Below, one piece after another: positions 63,296-64,000 of a stretch of 64,000 nt of DNA. The stretch covers positions 1 through 64,000 of the forward strand of contig JAUCBJ010000517.1 of NCBI GenBank assembly GCA_032718475.1, read 5' to 3'. The stretch comes from Nemertoderma westbladi. Its lineage: Eukaryota > Animalia > Xenacoelomorpha. The position numbers and the translations under genes were made by a program. A model generated the notes under the pieces. It ran no database searches, had not been told where the DNA came from, and saw only the letters and a list, made by a program, of their open reading frames with translations. How positions within the stretch are numbered: position 1 is the stretch's first letter; each line of letters opens with the position of its first letter.

Positions 63296-64000
63296 GTGAA
63301 CAGTACCAGTAGGACTCACTTACATTGGGGTAGTGAACGGTAGCACTTAGGACTCACTTACATTGGGGTAGTGAACAGTAGCAATAGGACTCACTTACAT
63401 TGGGGTAGTGAACGGTAGCACTTAGGACTCACTTACATTGGGGTAGTGAACGGTAGCAGTAGGACTCACTTACATTGTGGTAGTGAACAGTACCAGTAGG
63501 ACTCACTTACATTGGGGTAGTGAACGGTAGCAGTAGGACTCACTTACATTGGGGTAGTTAACAGTAGCAGTAGGACTCACTTACATTGGGGTAGTGAACG
63601 GTAGCAGTAGGACTCACTTACATTGGGGTAGCGAACGGTAGCACTTAGGACTCACTTACATTGTGGTAGTGAACAGTACCAGTAGGACTCACTTACATTG
63701 GGGTAGTGAACGGTAGCAGTAGGACTCACTTACATTGGGGTAGTGAACGGTAGCACTTAGGACTCACTTACATTGGGGTAGTGAACGGTAGCAGTAGGAC
63801 TCACTTACATTGGGGTAGTGAACGGTAGCAGTAGGACTCACTTACTTTGGGGTAGTGAACGGTAGCAGTAGGACTCACTTACATTGGGGTAGTGAACAGT
63901 AGCAGTAGGACTCACTTACATTGGGGTAGTGAACAGTAGCAGTAGGACTCACTTACATTGGGGTAGTGAACAGTAGCAGTAGGACTCACTTACATTGGGG
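63296..64000. repeat. 37/38-bp tandem minisatellite running off the window end
   Basis: Unit gtgaacggtagcagtaggactcacttacattggggta. Confidence 0.97.

Overview
AT-rich, repeat-dense animal (probably bilaterian invertebrate) genomic DNA, not prokaryotic. Host genes: a LamG/ConA-like exon (1396-2072), a spliced Kazal-domain gene (exons 26020-26202 and 29604-29864, probably also 12971-13079), intronless TPP2, an intronless CWC25-like gene lacking the usual N-terminus, a small spliced gene with an EGFR/furin-like Cys-rich module, and an intronless JmjC (JMJD7-like) gene. The most striking structure is an 11.6-kb IS3EU-type DNA transposon (14363-25989) with long TIRs and a perfect 6-bp TSD (CTTAGT). 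Its decayed transposase is split by nested inserts, and one insert carries two intact, divergent, intronless ORFs (BC-box/LRR-like and PH-like). The element appears to lie in an intron of the Kazal gene. Also present: a self-nested RTE LINE, CR1 fragments, P-, hAT-, piggyBac-, Ginger1-, EnSpm- and Tc1-like non-autonomous elements with TSDs, Helentron-like repeats, and several large minisatellites, three of which lie at or contain RNA-processing signals. All calls come from reading the sequence by eye; no searches were run.
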